Source: Macrostomum lignano (Eukaryota). From it: a stretch of 64,000 bases of DNA. The notes below the pieces were generated by a model. The model had not been told where the DNA came from, ran no database searches, and worked only from the letters and a program-made list of their open reading frames with translations. Positions 48,701 to 61,175 of the stretch are shown one piece after another. The position numbers and the translations under genes were made by a program. The stretch spans positions 332,415 through 396,414 of the forward strand of contig NIVC01000976.1 of the NCBI GenBank assembly GCA_002269645.1, written 5' to 3'. Each line of letters opens with the position of its first letter. Position 1 is the first letter of the stretch.

Positions 48701-50513
48701 AAGTTATTTGGTACCGTGAAAACTTACAGCTGCCAAATTCGATGTTGCAGATCTGGCTGTCCATAGGGTACAGCTGGAGATCGAACTGACAGGACAGCGA
48801 TAGTGTGTACCTGTTTATAATTTGTCAATCGATAATTGTTTATTTTAGTTTTCTTAGGGAACTGAAGAAGTCTAAGATGCGAAGGTAAGTCCCAGGGTGG
48901 CCGAGTAACTTGGCAGTATCGCGTCTGAACTCCCCTAAGTACTCGGGCTCAGTTCCGTGCATGGACACATTTATTAGTCGCTCGTAACTTAATATTGACC
49001 CCGAGGCCTTCTCGTACCCCATGAGAGCGTGTGGCTGCGTACGTATCCTTGCTGCACTCAGGGGTCAGCCAAATAGGCATAACTGCTCGTTGGCTAAATG
49101 TCTACTGTCACAATCCCCCACGAATTAGATAATAAGTATAACTAAGGGTGGTGTAACTGCGAGATTTTTCAGGGCCCTTGCTGACTATTCTAAGATTTCA
49201 ACGTCATCAAATATTACGATGCTTGACTGGCTTCGCCAGAAAAAAATCAAGCATCTACGAGTAGGCTATATGCTTAGAACACGGCCTTCTTCTGGATTCC
49301 CAGCCATACGTCGAGTGTTTCAGAAAGTTTGTACAAACATCCGACTGCTTTGAACCAAAATTGAACCAAAACAGTCCATATCTGACTCACTTGGTACTGA
49401 GGATGACGCGTCCATCGGGCGAGACCTGCAGCAGGATGTTGGGCACGGCAATCTTGTGAAAGAGGCCGGCCTTCTCGTTCAGAAAGTAGATGTCGGGCTG
49501 CCACACATTATCCACCATGAAGCCGATGCTGAGCACGTCGGTGAGCGAACTGCTGTATTTAAGCCGGTCGTCGTACCAGATTCTCCGAAAGTACATCGAT
49601 GCGGAAAAGTCCTGTGATTTTTTGTAAGAGATTTTAATGTTATAAAACTGAGCTGAACTTGTTCTGATAATGCTCGCGCTTATTCACGAGATTGAGCAAT
49701 GAGTCAATGACTGAAAATATGATTGCATATCAATCAATAATTGTGATAGGAGCTGTGCTTCTTTGCTATCTTAGTTATCTGCTGCAATTGAAGTCTGCCA
49801 ATATGTTTAATTTGCTGTCTACAGAGTCAGCTGTCAGTTAACCACGCGCACTGTCACCGCTCCTGTTGCAATCTGTTGTTCCGTCGGCAACTCCAGCTGA
49901 CAGGCCACATCATTCACACCAGATCATGTTGCCGCTGACGCTGGAGGCATCGGTGAGAGCACACATGCACTCGGCCCGTGTTCGGTCACCGATGCGGCCT
50001 ATGTTCACATCCTAGCCTAGAGAACGCCCTGTAATGCTGATGTCCTACTTAATAACACCCAATAAACAGGAGTATCTGTTGTTGCTATTGTTGTGGTAAA
50101 GGATAACAACTTTACTACTGTTTAACAGTTTAGAACAGCCTACGATGTCACGAAAACCAAATCATTTTAAGCATTAATTTAGATTATAAGAAAGATTGAG
50201 CACTAAGGCTCACCATATTGACCTCGTTTGTAGCCGTGACCTCGATGATGTAGATGCTGATATTGACGATGACTGGCAGTCGCTTTTCCAGGTTGGGCCG
50301 CACCTGACTGTTGTAGGGCGAGGCCAGCAGACTCGTGGCCAGACTGGCGAGCACCTGCGACTGCGAGTTGTTGGCGTTGAAGTTGTCAGCCGAGGTGGTT
50401 GGAGGCACTGTCGTGCTGGCGTCCGCCGTCGGTAACAAGCTTGGAAAATACAGCAGCGGCAGCTGCAGCAGGTGCTGCAGAAGCAGATTTCTATCGTACA
50501 AGAGTGTCCTCAT
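42752..50513 (-). CDS. Cys-loop ligand-gated chloride channel subunit B (tandem paralog of A), 7 exons 50513-50214, 49611-49391, 48810-48728, 48583-48443, 48189-47991, 46726-46537, 43192-42752; 524 aa
   Basis: Same motifs as A ([85 protein letters not shown]). Internal exon sizes are identical (221, 83, 141, 199, 190). Confidence 0.93.
44640..45963. mobile_element. PIF/Harbinger-like non-autonomous element with TTA TSD, containing nested inserts, in intron 6 of channel gene B
   Basis: TTA|GCCCGTATGAATAAA ... TTTATTCATATGGCC|TTA; many GAGCAATTGCTCA-type subterminal repeats; minus-strand peptide [21 protein letters not shown] (44999-45108) resembles a Harbinger transposase N-terminus. Confidence 0.55.
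45157..45667. mobile_element. Nested ~510-bp MITE with GGGGGGTCTTTCTCGAA / TTCGAGAAACACCCCCC termini and CTTACG/CGTAAG-rich interior
   Basis: 17-bp TIR with one mismatch; an internal second copy of the left terminus near 45453; no clean TSD. Confidence 0.65.
47042..47230 (-). pseudogene. Possible decayed Tc1/mariner transposase fragment
   Basis: AGRQ...KK...[18 protein letters not shown] followed, after a shift, by a degraded (W)ADT resembles the Tc1 GR..KP....FAK...W..VLWSDE region. Confidence 0.3.
48990..49110 (+). mobile_element. Diverged 3' body of a SINE related to 52290-52650
   Basis: GAGAGCGTGTGGCTGCGTACGTATCC...CTCAGGGG matches GTGAGTGTGTGCCTGCGTACGTATCC...CTCAGGGG of the minus-strand SINE at 52.3-52.6 kb. 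Confidence 0.5.
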
Positions 50514-52120
50514 TTTATCGAGCGCCCGAAAGGTAGGAACTGAGTCTGAGCTTAGCTGAGCTTAAATACTGCAGTATCGATGCATCAAACAGTCACCGCC
50601 ATGGCACCCCTCTCTGACTAAAAACTGCTTTCATATATAGCTTGATTTGGGAAGGCTTCCACACTGGGCCTGTTGAAAAAAACAGATGCATTCCCATGAC
50701 GAATCAGAGTGCGGCCGAGACAAAATGCTGGAGCCGTGTGTGCCAGTGAATCTAGCAAATAAGCGGCATGGGAAATGCAGTTTGAGTTGATTGGAGGAGC
50801 ATGCGAGTGATGCAACTGGATGAGGAATAGTTAGAGGTGAGATGGATGGGTAGAAAGGATGATCGAGTTGGAGCTGGAGAGAGAATTAAACTCAATTTGA
50901 AGACACGAATTCATAGGATTACAATACATGCACGCATGGTTATGCAACGCAGGAATAGAAACTCAAGGAGCACTAATGCTGCAAGGATCCTATAGGAGCA
51001 TTAGTACAGCTACAGGTTTGGTGTGGATCAGACATCCGAGTTACCTAGCCCAAGTGGATCCTGAAGCCCTCTCGTACTTTGTGAAGCAGGCACTACAAGG
51101 GAAAAACTCTGCGCATCATTCGCACCGAATCAAACCAAGGGCCGGGGCGCCAGAATCGTGGCGCCAGGGCGTTTACCGCCAGTTGCTCTGCCCCCGAGCT
51201 TCCAGTTAGTACAGCGACCCTCCTGAGCGAAATTCAAAAGCCAAATCCCAACTTTATAATATCCTGTGACAGCGTCAAAAACAGTCATTTATTGTTTCCT
51301 TTAGCTCAAACCGAACTCTCAGAAATCAACAGTCATTATTTGGCGGGAGAAAGTACTTCAGCTCGCATTGTAAAGATCACGCCCGCCTTAAATAGACAAA
51401 TTTAAGAATTGTTTTACTGCACGCGCTGACTTGACGCCAGCTGGACGCTGAAGGCTGCGTGAACAGTTAATTTCAACTCAACAGTCCATTCACAAAGCTG
51501 AGCGACTACTTGCTCTAATTCAATGGTCGTACTGTGCTAATTCTATTAATTAGCTAATTCCGGAAGTCAAGGGAATCCGTGTGTTAATATAGTTTTGCCG
51601 TAAGGTTTCGCTGAGGCACAAATGGATTCAGAAACGCTTGCACGCCAGTATTTTTAGTAGAGACCAAAGCGAGCCAGGTTTTTCACCTGTTTTGAATCGA
51701 TTCCGCATTATACGCTCGCACTGCGGACTCACTGCCTGCCAGAACAGCTTAAGCAATATCTCATCTATTCCAAATCGCATTGTGAAGCAGAAGACACCTG
51801 CCAGATGTTTAAAACCGTCAGCTTCAGCTATTTTTCACGAGCTAGCTTTTCCTGTTTGAGAAAGTGGTAGTGAAAAATATGCTTTTCAGGGTAGTTTATC
51901 GATGGAAAAGACTTCAATTGGGAAAGAAATTTTCTGCACTTTTATAGGCTTGTACAGAGGGCATCTAGACTGAAAGAATCGATGCTACACAGGGAGAGAT
52001 AGGAAAACAGTTCAAGAACGCCTTCGTATTTGTCTATTTTAACTTTTTTATTTGAGTTACAGTTTAGTTGTCCGTACGAAAAAAATGTGCTTTACCATAG
52101 AACCAATTGGTCCACTGAAC

Positions 52121-52289
52121 GGTCGGGGGTTCGATTCTCGGCTCACTCGGAACAGTTTGAGTCCTTGAGCAAGACGCTTAACTCTGCATTGCTTCAGTTC
52201 ACCAGCTGTAAAATGGGTGCCAGCATTAGCTGGGGTAATTAAGGGTTTGTGTGGCGACCCCCAGTCCTTGGACTCAACAGCCGTACGTA
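52121..52289 (+). mobile_element. 5'-truncated copy of the CORE-like tRNA SINE (its tail resumes at 52667 after a nested SINE)
   Basis: GGTCGGGGGTTCGATTCTCG...CCTTGAGCAAGACGCTTAACTCTGC...CAGCTGTAAAATGGGTGCCAGCATTAGCTGGG matches 41780-41985. Confidence 0.85.
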
Positions 52290-52650
52290 TTTTTTTTTTA
52301 GAGGCAGGGGGGTTGTGTGCACCCTGGCGCACTTTAAGCGACATAGGCACACAACCGGCGAGAGGCATTACTGCCCATTCCGCCGACTCCCCTGAGCAGG
52401 CATACAAGCGCGCGGATACGTACGCAGGCACACACTCACACAGGAGTGTACAGCGGCCCTAACTTTATTTTATCGTTAGGCATGTACACTTCACTGCGCC
52501 TTGGGGGGCTGGCTCTCAAGGCCGTTAATTGCACGAGCAGAGCCAAGCCGAGATTCCAATCCAGCCCCAAATTAATGTGGCTGCACTTGGAATCGAGCCT
52601 GGGTCGCTGGCACACCAGAGCAGCTGCGCTACCGCTGGGCTACGGCCCCC
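52290..52650 (-). mobile_element. Second tRNA-derived SINE family, full length, poly(A) tail, 14-bp TSD
   Basis: The minus strand begins GGGGCCGTAGCCCAGCGGTAG (A box)...GGCTCGATTCC (B box) and ends in A10; TSD AACAGCCGTACGTA at 52276-52289 and 52653-52666. Confidence 0.88.
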
Positions 52651-53279
52651 TTAACAGCCGTACGTAGCTTTCAGGTTGCATATCTGCCAATTAACACAGA
52701 TGTAATTAATAACTGTTATTACTAATATTATTCATTATATGCAACTCTCCATGGGAGTGGCCAAGGACCAACAACACCAATGGTGTCCCATGGCTAAGAA
52801 GAGTTAAAGGGGAAAGGAAATGAAATAATAAAAAGGGAGATGATGGAAAGAGAACAAACCAGGGAAAAGAGAAGTCTAAAAAACTGATCAAGGTGGTCTT
52901 TGAGACACCTGGCTCTTGAATATAGATGGCTTGATGACAGGATTAGCTAATGCTGCAGATAGAGAATTCCATAACTTACAGTATGTGGAAGGGAGTACGA
53001 GCCGTACTGTTAATATTATTTTACTCACAGCAAAGAACTCCAGCATAGATTAGGCTTCTGGTACGGGCGCTTTTGTTAATTGCTTAGCGATATAACAGCC
53101 CCGTATTTTCACAAAGGTTTGGGAAAAGCATTGAATTTTAGACAGACAATAAGCACTAGGAAATGGGAATAAATTGCTCGTAACACCCGCTATTGTGTAC
53201 AACTGTAATTGTATTTTATTGTTGTTCACAAAGCAGTTGGAAGCAGCTGTATTTGCCAATAAGAAAGAGACAAAATGCA

Positions 53280-53700
53280 TTGCAAATCTGCTGGCTTTCG
53301 CACGCCTGCAGAAACAACAAAAATACGGCTTTCTGCTGCAACGACGCGTGGATCGACGTCAGCCACACGGGCGGCTCACCGTGCTTGGCTAAGTCGACGA
53401 TCTCTCCTTGTTATTCTCAGATCAAGATCGGAAACGAGCGGGTTTCTAACACGGAACTTTATCAACGCGTTGGCCCGGTCCGTTCAAGCGACCTTTTGCG
53501 CCGTTGGCGACTACATCTAGCAGACCACGTCATCTCCGCCGAATCCTACTGCCCACAGTCGGTGCTGGAGGTGCTGCTGATGCTGCAGGCTCCCTACCGG
53601 CATGGGGCAGGGCAAGCATCGGGCGTTTGGTCGACTGCCCTCTTGCAGGTAGAAAAGTGCAGCTGGTGGAGCCCTGGGTTGCAGCTGCAGGATTCGCTCA
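53280..53700 (+). pseudogene. Decayed 3' fragment of an RTE-clade LINE ORF
   Basis: ETTKIRL... and ERVSNTELYQRVGPVRSSDLLRRWRLHLADHVIS match the RTE C-terminal pattern W.D.VSN.ELY.R....S..IR.RRL..AGHV; frameshifted. Confidence 0.55.
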
Positions 53701-55920
53701 TTCATGAGTGAAGTCGCTTTTAGTTAACGCACAATTAAGAGATAGAATTTTGTGCTCGATCCGTGCCTGACTTGCGCTTGCCGTGCGGGCAAAGCCATCG
53801 CTTCAGCACGACTCCACACTTCCGTTTCCGCGGGATTCAGATATCAGTGCAGCAGGTCCAAGGCGTTCATGGGGTGCATGGGGAAATTTTGAAATATGAC
53901 TGCAGCCAAACACAATGGAAGTCCGACCAGAGATGCACTGGGTGACTGGAGGTCAGCTTTTTTTGGAAAATAAGAGAAGTACTATTAGGGGAATAATTAA
54001 CCACACTCGGAGCTCAGCTCACTCAGAAGATTGACCGGAAGCATTCAATTAGATTGGGTTGACTGAAATGAGCACGAAGAATTAAAATTCGAAAAAAATT
54101 ATTCAAAACTCTGCAGGACTTTTTTGTTCTTGAAAAATTACAAATTTACCTATAATCACCAAACTGCTTCTCAAGCAAAGCATGAACAGTATCAAGAATA
54201 TTGTCAAGATCATTAGGCTGTGACACAAGAAAAGGCCTGTCGAGGCAGGAAGATGTATAAAAGCTGTATATGTATATGTCAACTTACGCTCGTACAAGTA
54301 CATCTTGGCACAACTAAGTTATTCACGAGTAGAACAGCAAGGCAACTGACTATAAGCCATCATCGCGCTACCTGGCCATTTTCTCTCGTGTTCGTAGATC
54401 ACCCTGAGGGTTCGCTAACATGGCAATTTACTTGCAATTTTAGCTTTTAAGTGCTTTGAGTGGCTTTTGGATTGCATGGTAGAAAAAAGCGGATTGAGCT
54501 GATCCGAGGTCGAGACATTAAAAATCCGTTGAAATAAGAACGCGACGGCTACTTGGGTGCAGGAGATTCGCGATAGTGGATTGCGACTTGAAGAAAGCGA
54601 AAAAACTAGCAGCCGAAAAGCCACTAGAAACTCAATGGCAGACCACTCAGCATAAGAGCAGGTAACGGAGATCCTCTGCTGAGAGAGTTAAGAAATTTAT
54701 TATGAGATCAACTTTCGATCAACTACATCGCTTTAATACCTTCGATATCCTGCTTATGGAAGCCAAGTTGTTTGGATTCTTGATCTTGATGTTTCACTCT
54801 GTTTACTGTACTACTAGCAGTAGCTTGGATAACATTTTTTTCAGGAGTACATGTAGAACAATAGCGAAACTTTTCATAAGCAGTTGGAAGCAAGAACTCT
54901 CACTTTCAGGGGTCAAGATAAAATATTTTTTCTTAGCACCGTTAGAGTTTGAGTTCAGTCTGTAGGCACCCATTTTAGACAGACCTCATGCAAATGATAG
55001 TAGAATGCAAGTTGAAAAGCATCCTTGAAAGCAGGTGATTCAAGTTTCATCAAACACTCAAAATCTCAAGAAGTTTTATGGCACTCAGGGAGGAAGGATT
55101 TGGAAACGGAATCTCTTAACGACAAAATTCAAGCTACCAGGCTTACCCGATAAAAGCAGCCATTACTCTGATGCTTTGATACATTTCACTGACTCTTGAT
55201 ACAGTTGAACCATTAAGTTGGAATCAGTTTCAGAGGCACTCACATCGAGACTCTTTTCCCCATAAAAAGACGCTGCTGTTTTCTGCTGCTTAATGCTTAC
55301 TCCAGAGTTAAAAGCAAAATAGATATTGCCTTGCTGAATTTGCTAGCGACAAGCGAGAACCGCACCCTTCGGGTCATAAATAAGGATAATATATTCGCAA
55401 AGGGGATGTGCGCACACTGGCGCAACGACTTCGGCGAAATCGTTTCACAACCAGAGCTGACGGCAACTCTGCCCATTCCGCTGACTCCTGAGCACACACA
55501 AGCTCGCCAATACTCTACGCAGGCACGAACTCTTTAGTACTCAGATGAGATCATCTATCAATTTTATCCATCAAACCCCCGCTGCCGTGTGGAGTGCAAT
55601 GCATCCATTTATCCTCTGATACTAATTAAAAGCTTACTGGACCTACAAAAAGTGTTTTGAATCCGCAAGGCTTGGGCCTAGATTGTCTAATCTGATCAAG
55701 GCCCTCATTTGACACGCAACTGTCCGCTGCTTTTCCTGTGTACGAGCGTACAGACATTTTTCTGGGCACTGGTCAGAATAAATGGCAAAATTCGTCCGAT
55801 TGGACGCTCGGGGGGGGAGGTTTGACATCACATGTACTATTTAAACTGTATAACTGTAGACTTACATAGGGTAATCATTAGATTGGTTATCTACAAGTAG
55901 TTAAAAATCAAGCATAAGTC

Positions 55921-56428
55921 ATGAGCAGCTGCTCAAAATCTCCTGACAGGCCAGCTCCAATAGCCGGTCAGCTGGGCGTCTTCGTGAAAAACTTCTGCAG
56001 CTACACAACTGCTCACGGTTTGGGTCGATTCTCTGAGCAGTCCAGCCTTATTGGCAAGTGCATCTGGGTCGGATTTCTATTGAGCACTTACGGCGGATTT
56101 GCCTACCACCTGTCCACTTTGTTCGAAAGATTTATCCAGGCTCCCGTGCTCACGACGATGAAGTTTTCTACACTGTCGTTCCAGTTCCCGGATGTGTAAA
56201 TCTGTCCAACAAGCACAGTAACGATGAGCATGGCAGTCCAGCAGCTGCCGTCTTACCAAATTTACGCGCTTGAGAACTTTCCCAATCTAGGAATTGGCAC
56301 GAAAATCGCTCTGTACAACTTTGAGCTCCTATCTGGGAGGTATGTGGATCCCAGCAAACCCGCTGTTGCATTGGGGAAGGTGCTCCACAGCACAGAAGCC
56401 GCAATAATGAGCAAACTTCAGTTTTCGG
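55921..56428 (+). pseudogene. DEG/ENaC (ASIC/degenerin-like) channel N-terminal exon with in-frame TAA at 56197-56199
   Basis: FCSYTTAHGLGR (HG gating motif), TM1 CIWVGFLLSTYGGFAYHL and FQFPDV*ICP (FPxVTxC motif). The same frame continues to a phase-1 donor G|GTAAAT at 56429. Confidence 0.75.
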
Positions 56429-56668
56429 GTAAATTTTCAGACAGTACTAGCAATCTACGCCCCCCGTTGGGGAGCCAAAGATATGCTATACACGTTTTTT
56501 TAATAAGCTACATGTATCCTTGAAATCTTAAAAAATCTCCTGTCAAACCTTGTAAGCCTTGACATGTCAGTAATTCCCCCCCCCAGCTTTAACATATCAA
56601 CTTCCCCCCTTGACATCTCAGCAATGCCCCCAATAAGCCTTGGAAATCTAAAAATATCTGTCAACCTT

Positions 56669-56701
56669 CTAACCCTAACCCTAACCCTAACCTAACCCTA
56701 A
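56669..56701. repeat. Interstitial telomere-like (CCCTAA)n tract, ~5 units
   Basis: CTAACCCTAACCCTAACCCTAACCTAACCCTAA. Confidence 0.9.
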
Positions 56702-57464
56702 AGCATTGAAATTTCAGTAATTCTCTCTAAGAGTCATTATAGCACTACTACAGCATTATAGCGATAAGCTTCTTTTATTTTTTACATAACGCTTTTTTTA
56801 TCAGCGATCCCTCGCCTGAGGAGGCATCAAATAATGTAATAAAAAGTTTTCAATAAACTACATGTAGCTTCTGACTTTAGCCTTGAAATCTCATTTATAC
56901 CCCCGTGAGCCTTGACATCTCAGCTATTCCCCCCGTCCGTAAGCCTTGACATGTCAGCGATGGCCCCCATAAACCTTGAAATCTAAAAAATCCACTGTTA
57001 ACCTTGAAACCCGATAAAATATAACCCTCAACCCACACCTGACCTAAACCTAACTTTAACCCAACCTAAAGCCTTGAAATCTCAGCAATTCTTCTCCCCT
57101 AAGCCTTGACATTTTAGTGATTCCTTTAAGAATCACAGCACTATAACGATTTCCACCAAGCTTTGACATCGCGCGTAGCAATTCCCAAATGAATCTTTTA
57201 ACTTCGACATGACTTGTCTTTTATGTATACATAGTGCTACTTTTATTTTTTACATGACTCTTCTTCTATCAGCACCCCCCCCATGGCGAGCCAACAAAGA
57301 ATGCAATAAAAAATTGAGTAAAGTACATGAACTTTGAAGTAGCTTCTGACTTTTGCTTTGAGATCCCAGAAACAACCCCCCCCCCTCGTAATCTCAGTTA
57401 TTCTCTGAGAGCCTTTACGTCTCAGTTTTTCTTCCCAGCACAGCATTATAGCTGCATTTCATTT

Positions 57465-58705
57465 TTACATGACATCCTTCACGTCTGACATGACGCTTCT
57501 TTTGATTTTTACATTACACTTCTTTTATTCTTCCATGATGCTTCTTAATTTTTTAAATGACGCTTTCATTAGTTTTTAAATGAGGCTTCTATGATTTTTT
57601 CATGACGCTTCTATGATTGTTTACATGACGCTTCTATGCTTTTTACATGACGCTTCTATGCTTTTTACATGACGCTTCTATGATTATTTCATGACGCTTC
57701 TGTGATTGTTTACATGACGCTTCTATGATTTTTACATGACGCTTCTATGATTTTTATATGACGATTCTATGATTTTTACATGACGCTTCTATGATTTATA
57801 CATGACGCTTCCATGATTTTTTACATGACGCTTCTATGTTTTTTACATGACGCTTCTATGATTTTTTCATGACGCTTCTACGATTTCTGCAGGACGCTTC
57901 TATGATTTTTACATGACGCTTCTATGCTTTTTACATGACGCTTCTATGATTTTTTCATGACGCTCCTATGTTTTTTTCATGACGCTTCTATGATTTTTAC
58001 ATGACGCTACTATGATTTTTACATGACGCTTCCATGACTTTTTACATGACGCTTCTATGCTTTTTACATGACGCTTCTATGATTTTTTACATGACGCTTC
58101 TATGCTTTTTACATGACGCTTCCATGATTTTTTACATGACGCTTCCATGATTTTTTCATGACGCTTCTATGATTTTTACATGACGCTTCCATGATTTTTT
58201 ACATGACACTTCTATGATTTTTTGCATGACGCTTCTATGATTTTTTACATGACGCTTCTATGATTGTTTACATGACGCTTCTATGATTTTTTACATGACG
58301 CTTCTATGATATTTTCATGACGCTTCTATGATTGTTTACATGACGCTTCTATGATTTTTTACATGACGCTTCTATGATTGTTTATATGACGCTTCTATGA
58401 TTTTTTAAATGACGCTTCTACGATTTTTTACATGACGCTTTTATGATGTTTTAGATGACGCTTCTATGATTTTTTACATGACGCTTCTATGATTTTTTAC
58501 ATGACGCTTCTATGATTGTTTACACGATGCTTCTATGATTTTTTACATGACGCTTCTATGATTTTTACATGACGCTTCTATGATTGTTTACATGACGCTT
58601 CCATGATTTTTTACATGACGCTTCTATGATTTTTTTTCATGACGCTTCCATGATTTTTTACATGACGCTTCTATGATTTTTACATGACGCTTCTATGATT
58701 TTTTA
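57465..58705. repeat. 22/23-bp minisatellite CATGACGCTTCTATGATT(T/G)TTTA, ~50 copies
   Basis: Direct periodicity inside Helitron-like copy 1. Confidence 0.97.
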
Positions 58706-59066
58706 GTTTTCTTCTTGGTGTTAAAAAGCTTTAATTAAAAAAATTCCACTCTCTAAAAATTCGAACCATCGTCCCTGCATTTAGCAGTCAGTCTGTTTAC
58801 CTCTAGGCTAGCTCTCATCGTTTTGATAATATGAATTTTAGCACTTACTAGCAATCTACGCCCCCCGTTGGGGAGCCAAAGAAATGCAATTCACGTTTTT
58901 TAATAAGTTACATGTATCCTTGAAATCTTAAAAAATCTCCTATCAAACCTTGTAAGCCTTGACATGTCAGTAATTCCCCCACAAGCTTTAACATATCAAC
59001 TTCCCCCTTGACATCTCAGCCATGCCCCCAATAAGCCTTGGAAATCTAAAAATATCTGTCAACCTT

Positions 59067-59122
59067 CTAACCCTAACCCTAGCCTAACCCCAACCCTAAC
59101 CCTAACCCTAACCTAACCCTAA
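59067..59122. repeat. Interstitial telomere-like (CCCTAA)n tract, ~9 units
   Basis: Homologous position in copy 2; longer tract. Confidence 0.9.
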
Positions 59123-59924
59123 AGCATTGAAATTTCAGTAATTCTCTCTAAGAGTCATTATAGCACTACTACAGCATTATAGCGATTCCCTGCAAGCCTC
59201 GACATCGTAGGGATTCCCAAATGAATATCTTAACTTCGACATGAAGCTTCTTTTATTTTTTACATTACGCTTTTTTAATCAGCGATCCCTCCCCTGAGGA
59301 GGCATCAAATAATGTAATAAAAAGTTTTCAATAAACTACATGTAGCTTCTGACTTTAGCCTTGAAATCTCATTTATACCCCGTGAGCCTTGACATCTCAG
59401 CTATTCCCCCGTAAGCCTTAACATGTCAGCGATGGCACCCATAAACCTTGAAATCTGAAAAATCCCCTGCTAACCTTGAAACTCGATAAAATATAACCCT
59501 CAACCCACACCTGACCTAAACCTAACTTTAACCCAACCTAAAGCCTTGAAATCTCAGCAATTCTTCTCCCCTAAGCCTTGACATTTTAGTGATTCCTTTA
59601 AGAATCACAGCACTATAACGATTTCCACCTAGCTTTGACATCGTAGCAATTCCCAAATGAATCTTTTAACTTCGACATGACTCTTCTTTTATGTATACTT
59701 AGTGCTACTTTTATTTTTTACATGACTCTTCTTCTATCAGCGCCTCCCGTGGCGAGCCAACAAAGAATGCAATAAAAAAATTGAGTAAAGTACATGAACT
59801 TTGAATTAGCTTCTGACTTTTGCTTTGACATCTCAGAAACCCCCCCCCGTAATCTCAGTTATTCTCTGAGAGCCTTGACGTCTCAGTAATTCTCCCCAGC
59901 ACAGCATTATAGCTGCATTTAATT

Positions 59925-61175
59925 TTTCCATGACACCTTTCATGTCTGACATGACGCTTCTTTTATTCTACTATGATGCTTCTTAATTTTTTAAATGACA
60001 CTTTCATTAGTTTTTAAATGACGCTTCTATAATTTTTTCATGACGCTTCTATGATTTTTACATGACGCTTCTATGATTTTTTACATGACGCTTCTATGAT
60101 TGTTTACATGACGCTTCTATGATTGTTTACATGACGCTTCTATGATTTTTTAAATGACGTTTTTTGATTTTTATATGACGCCTCCATGATTGTTTACATG
60201 ACGCTTTAATGATTTTTTCATGACGCTTCTATGATTTTTTACATGACGCTTCTATGATTGTTTACATGACGCTTCTATGATTGTTTATATGACGCTTCTA
60301 TGATTTTTTAAATGACGCTTCTACGATTTTTTACATGACGCTTTTATGATGTTTTAGATGACGCTTCTATGATTTTTTACATGACGCTTCTATGATTTTT
60401 TACATGACGCTTCTATGATTGTTTACACGATGCTTCTATGATTTTTTACATGACGCTTCTATGATTTTTTACATGACGCTTCTATGATTGTTTACATGAC
60501 GCTTCTATGATTTTTACATGACGCTTCTATGATTGTTTACATGACGCTTCTATGATTGTTTATATGACGCTTCTATGATTTTTACATGACGCTTCTATGA
60601 TTTTTTACATGACGCTTCTATGATTTTTTACACGATGCTTCTATGATTTTTTACATGACGCTTCTATGATTTTTTACATGACGCTTGTATGATTTTTTAC
60701 ATGACGCTTCTATAATTATTTCATGACGCTTCTACGATTTCTGCAGGACGCTTCAATGATTTTTACATGACACCTCTATGATTTTTACATGACGCTTCTA
60801 TGATTTTTACATGACGCTTCTATGATTTTTTATATGACGCTTCTATGATTGTTTATATGACGCTTCTATGATTTTTTACATGACGCTACTATGATTTTTA
60901 CATTACGCTTCTATGATTGTTTACATGACGCTTCCATGATTGTTTACATGACGCTTCTATGATTTTTTACATGACGCTTCTATGATTGTTTACATGACGC
61001 CTCTATGATTTTTTACATGACGCTTCTATGATTGTTTACATGACGCTTCTATGATTTTTTACATGACACTTCTATGCTTTTTACATGATGCTTCCACGAT
61101 TTTTTACATGACACTTCCACGATTTTTTACATGACGCTTCTATGATTTTTTACATGACGCTTTTATGATTTTTTT
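59925..61175. repeat. 22/23-bp minisatellite, ~52 copies
   Basis: Same unit inside copy 2. Confidence 0.97.

Larger units (their letters stand above)
56447..58847 (-). mobile_element. Non-autonomous Helitron-like element, copy 1 (2401 bp)
   Basis: Minus-strand 3' end is the hairpin GCTCCCC-AAC-GGGGGGC + 8 nt + CTAG followed by T; 5' end TAAGTGC, fused directly to the CTAG of copy 2; no TSD, no coding capacity. Confidence 0.8.
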
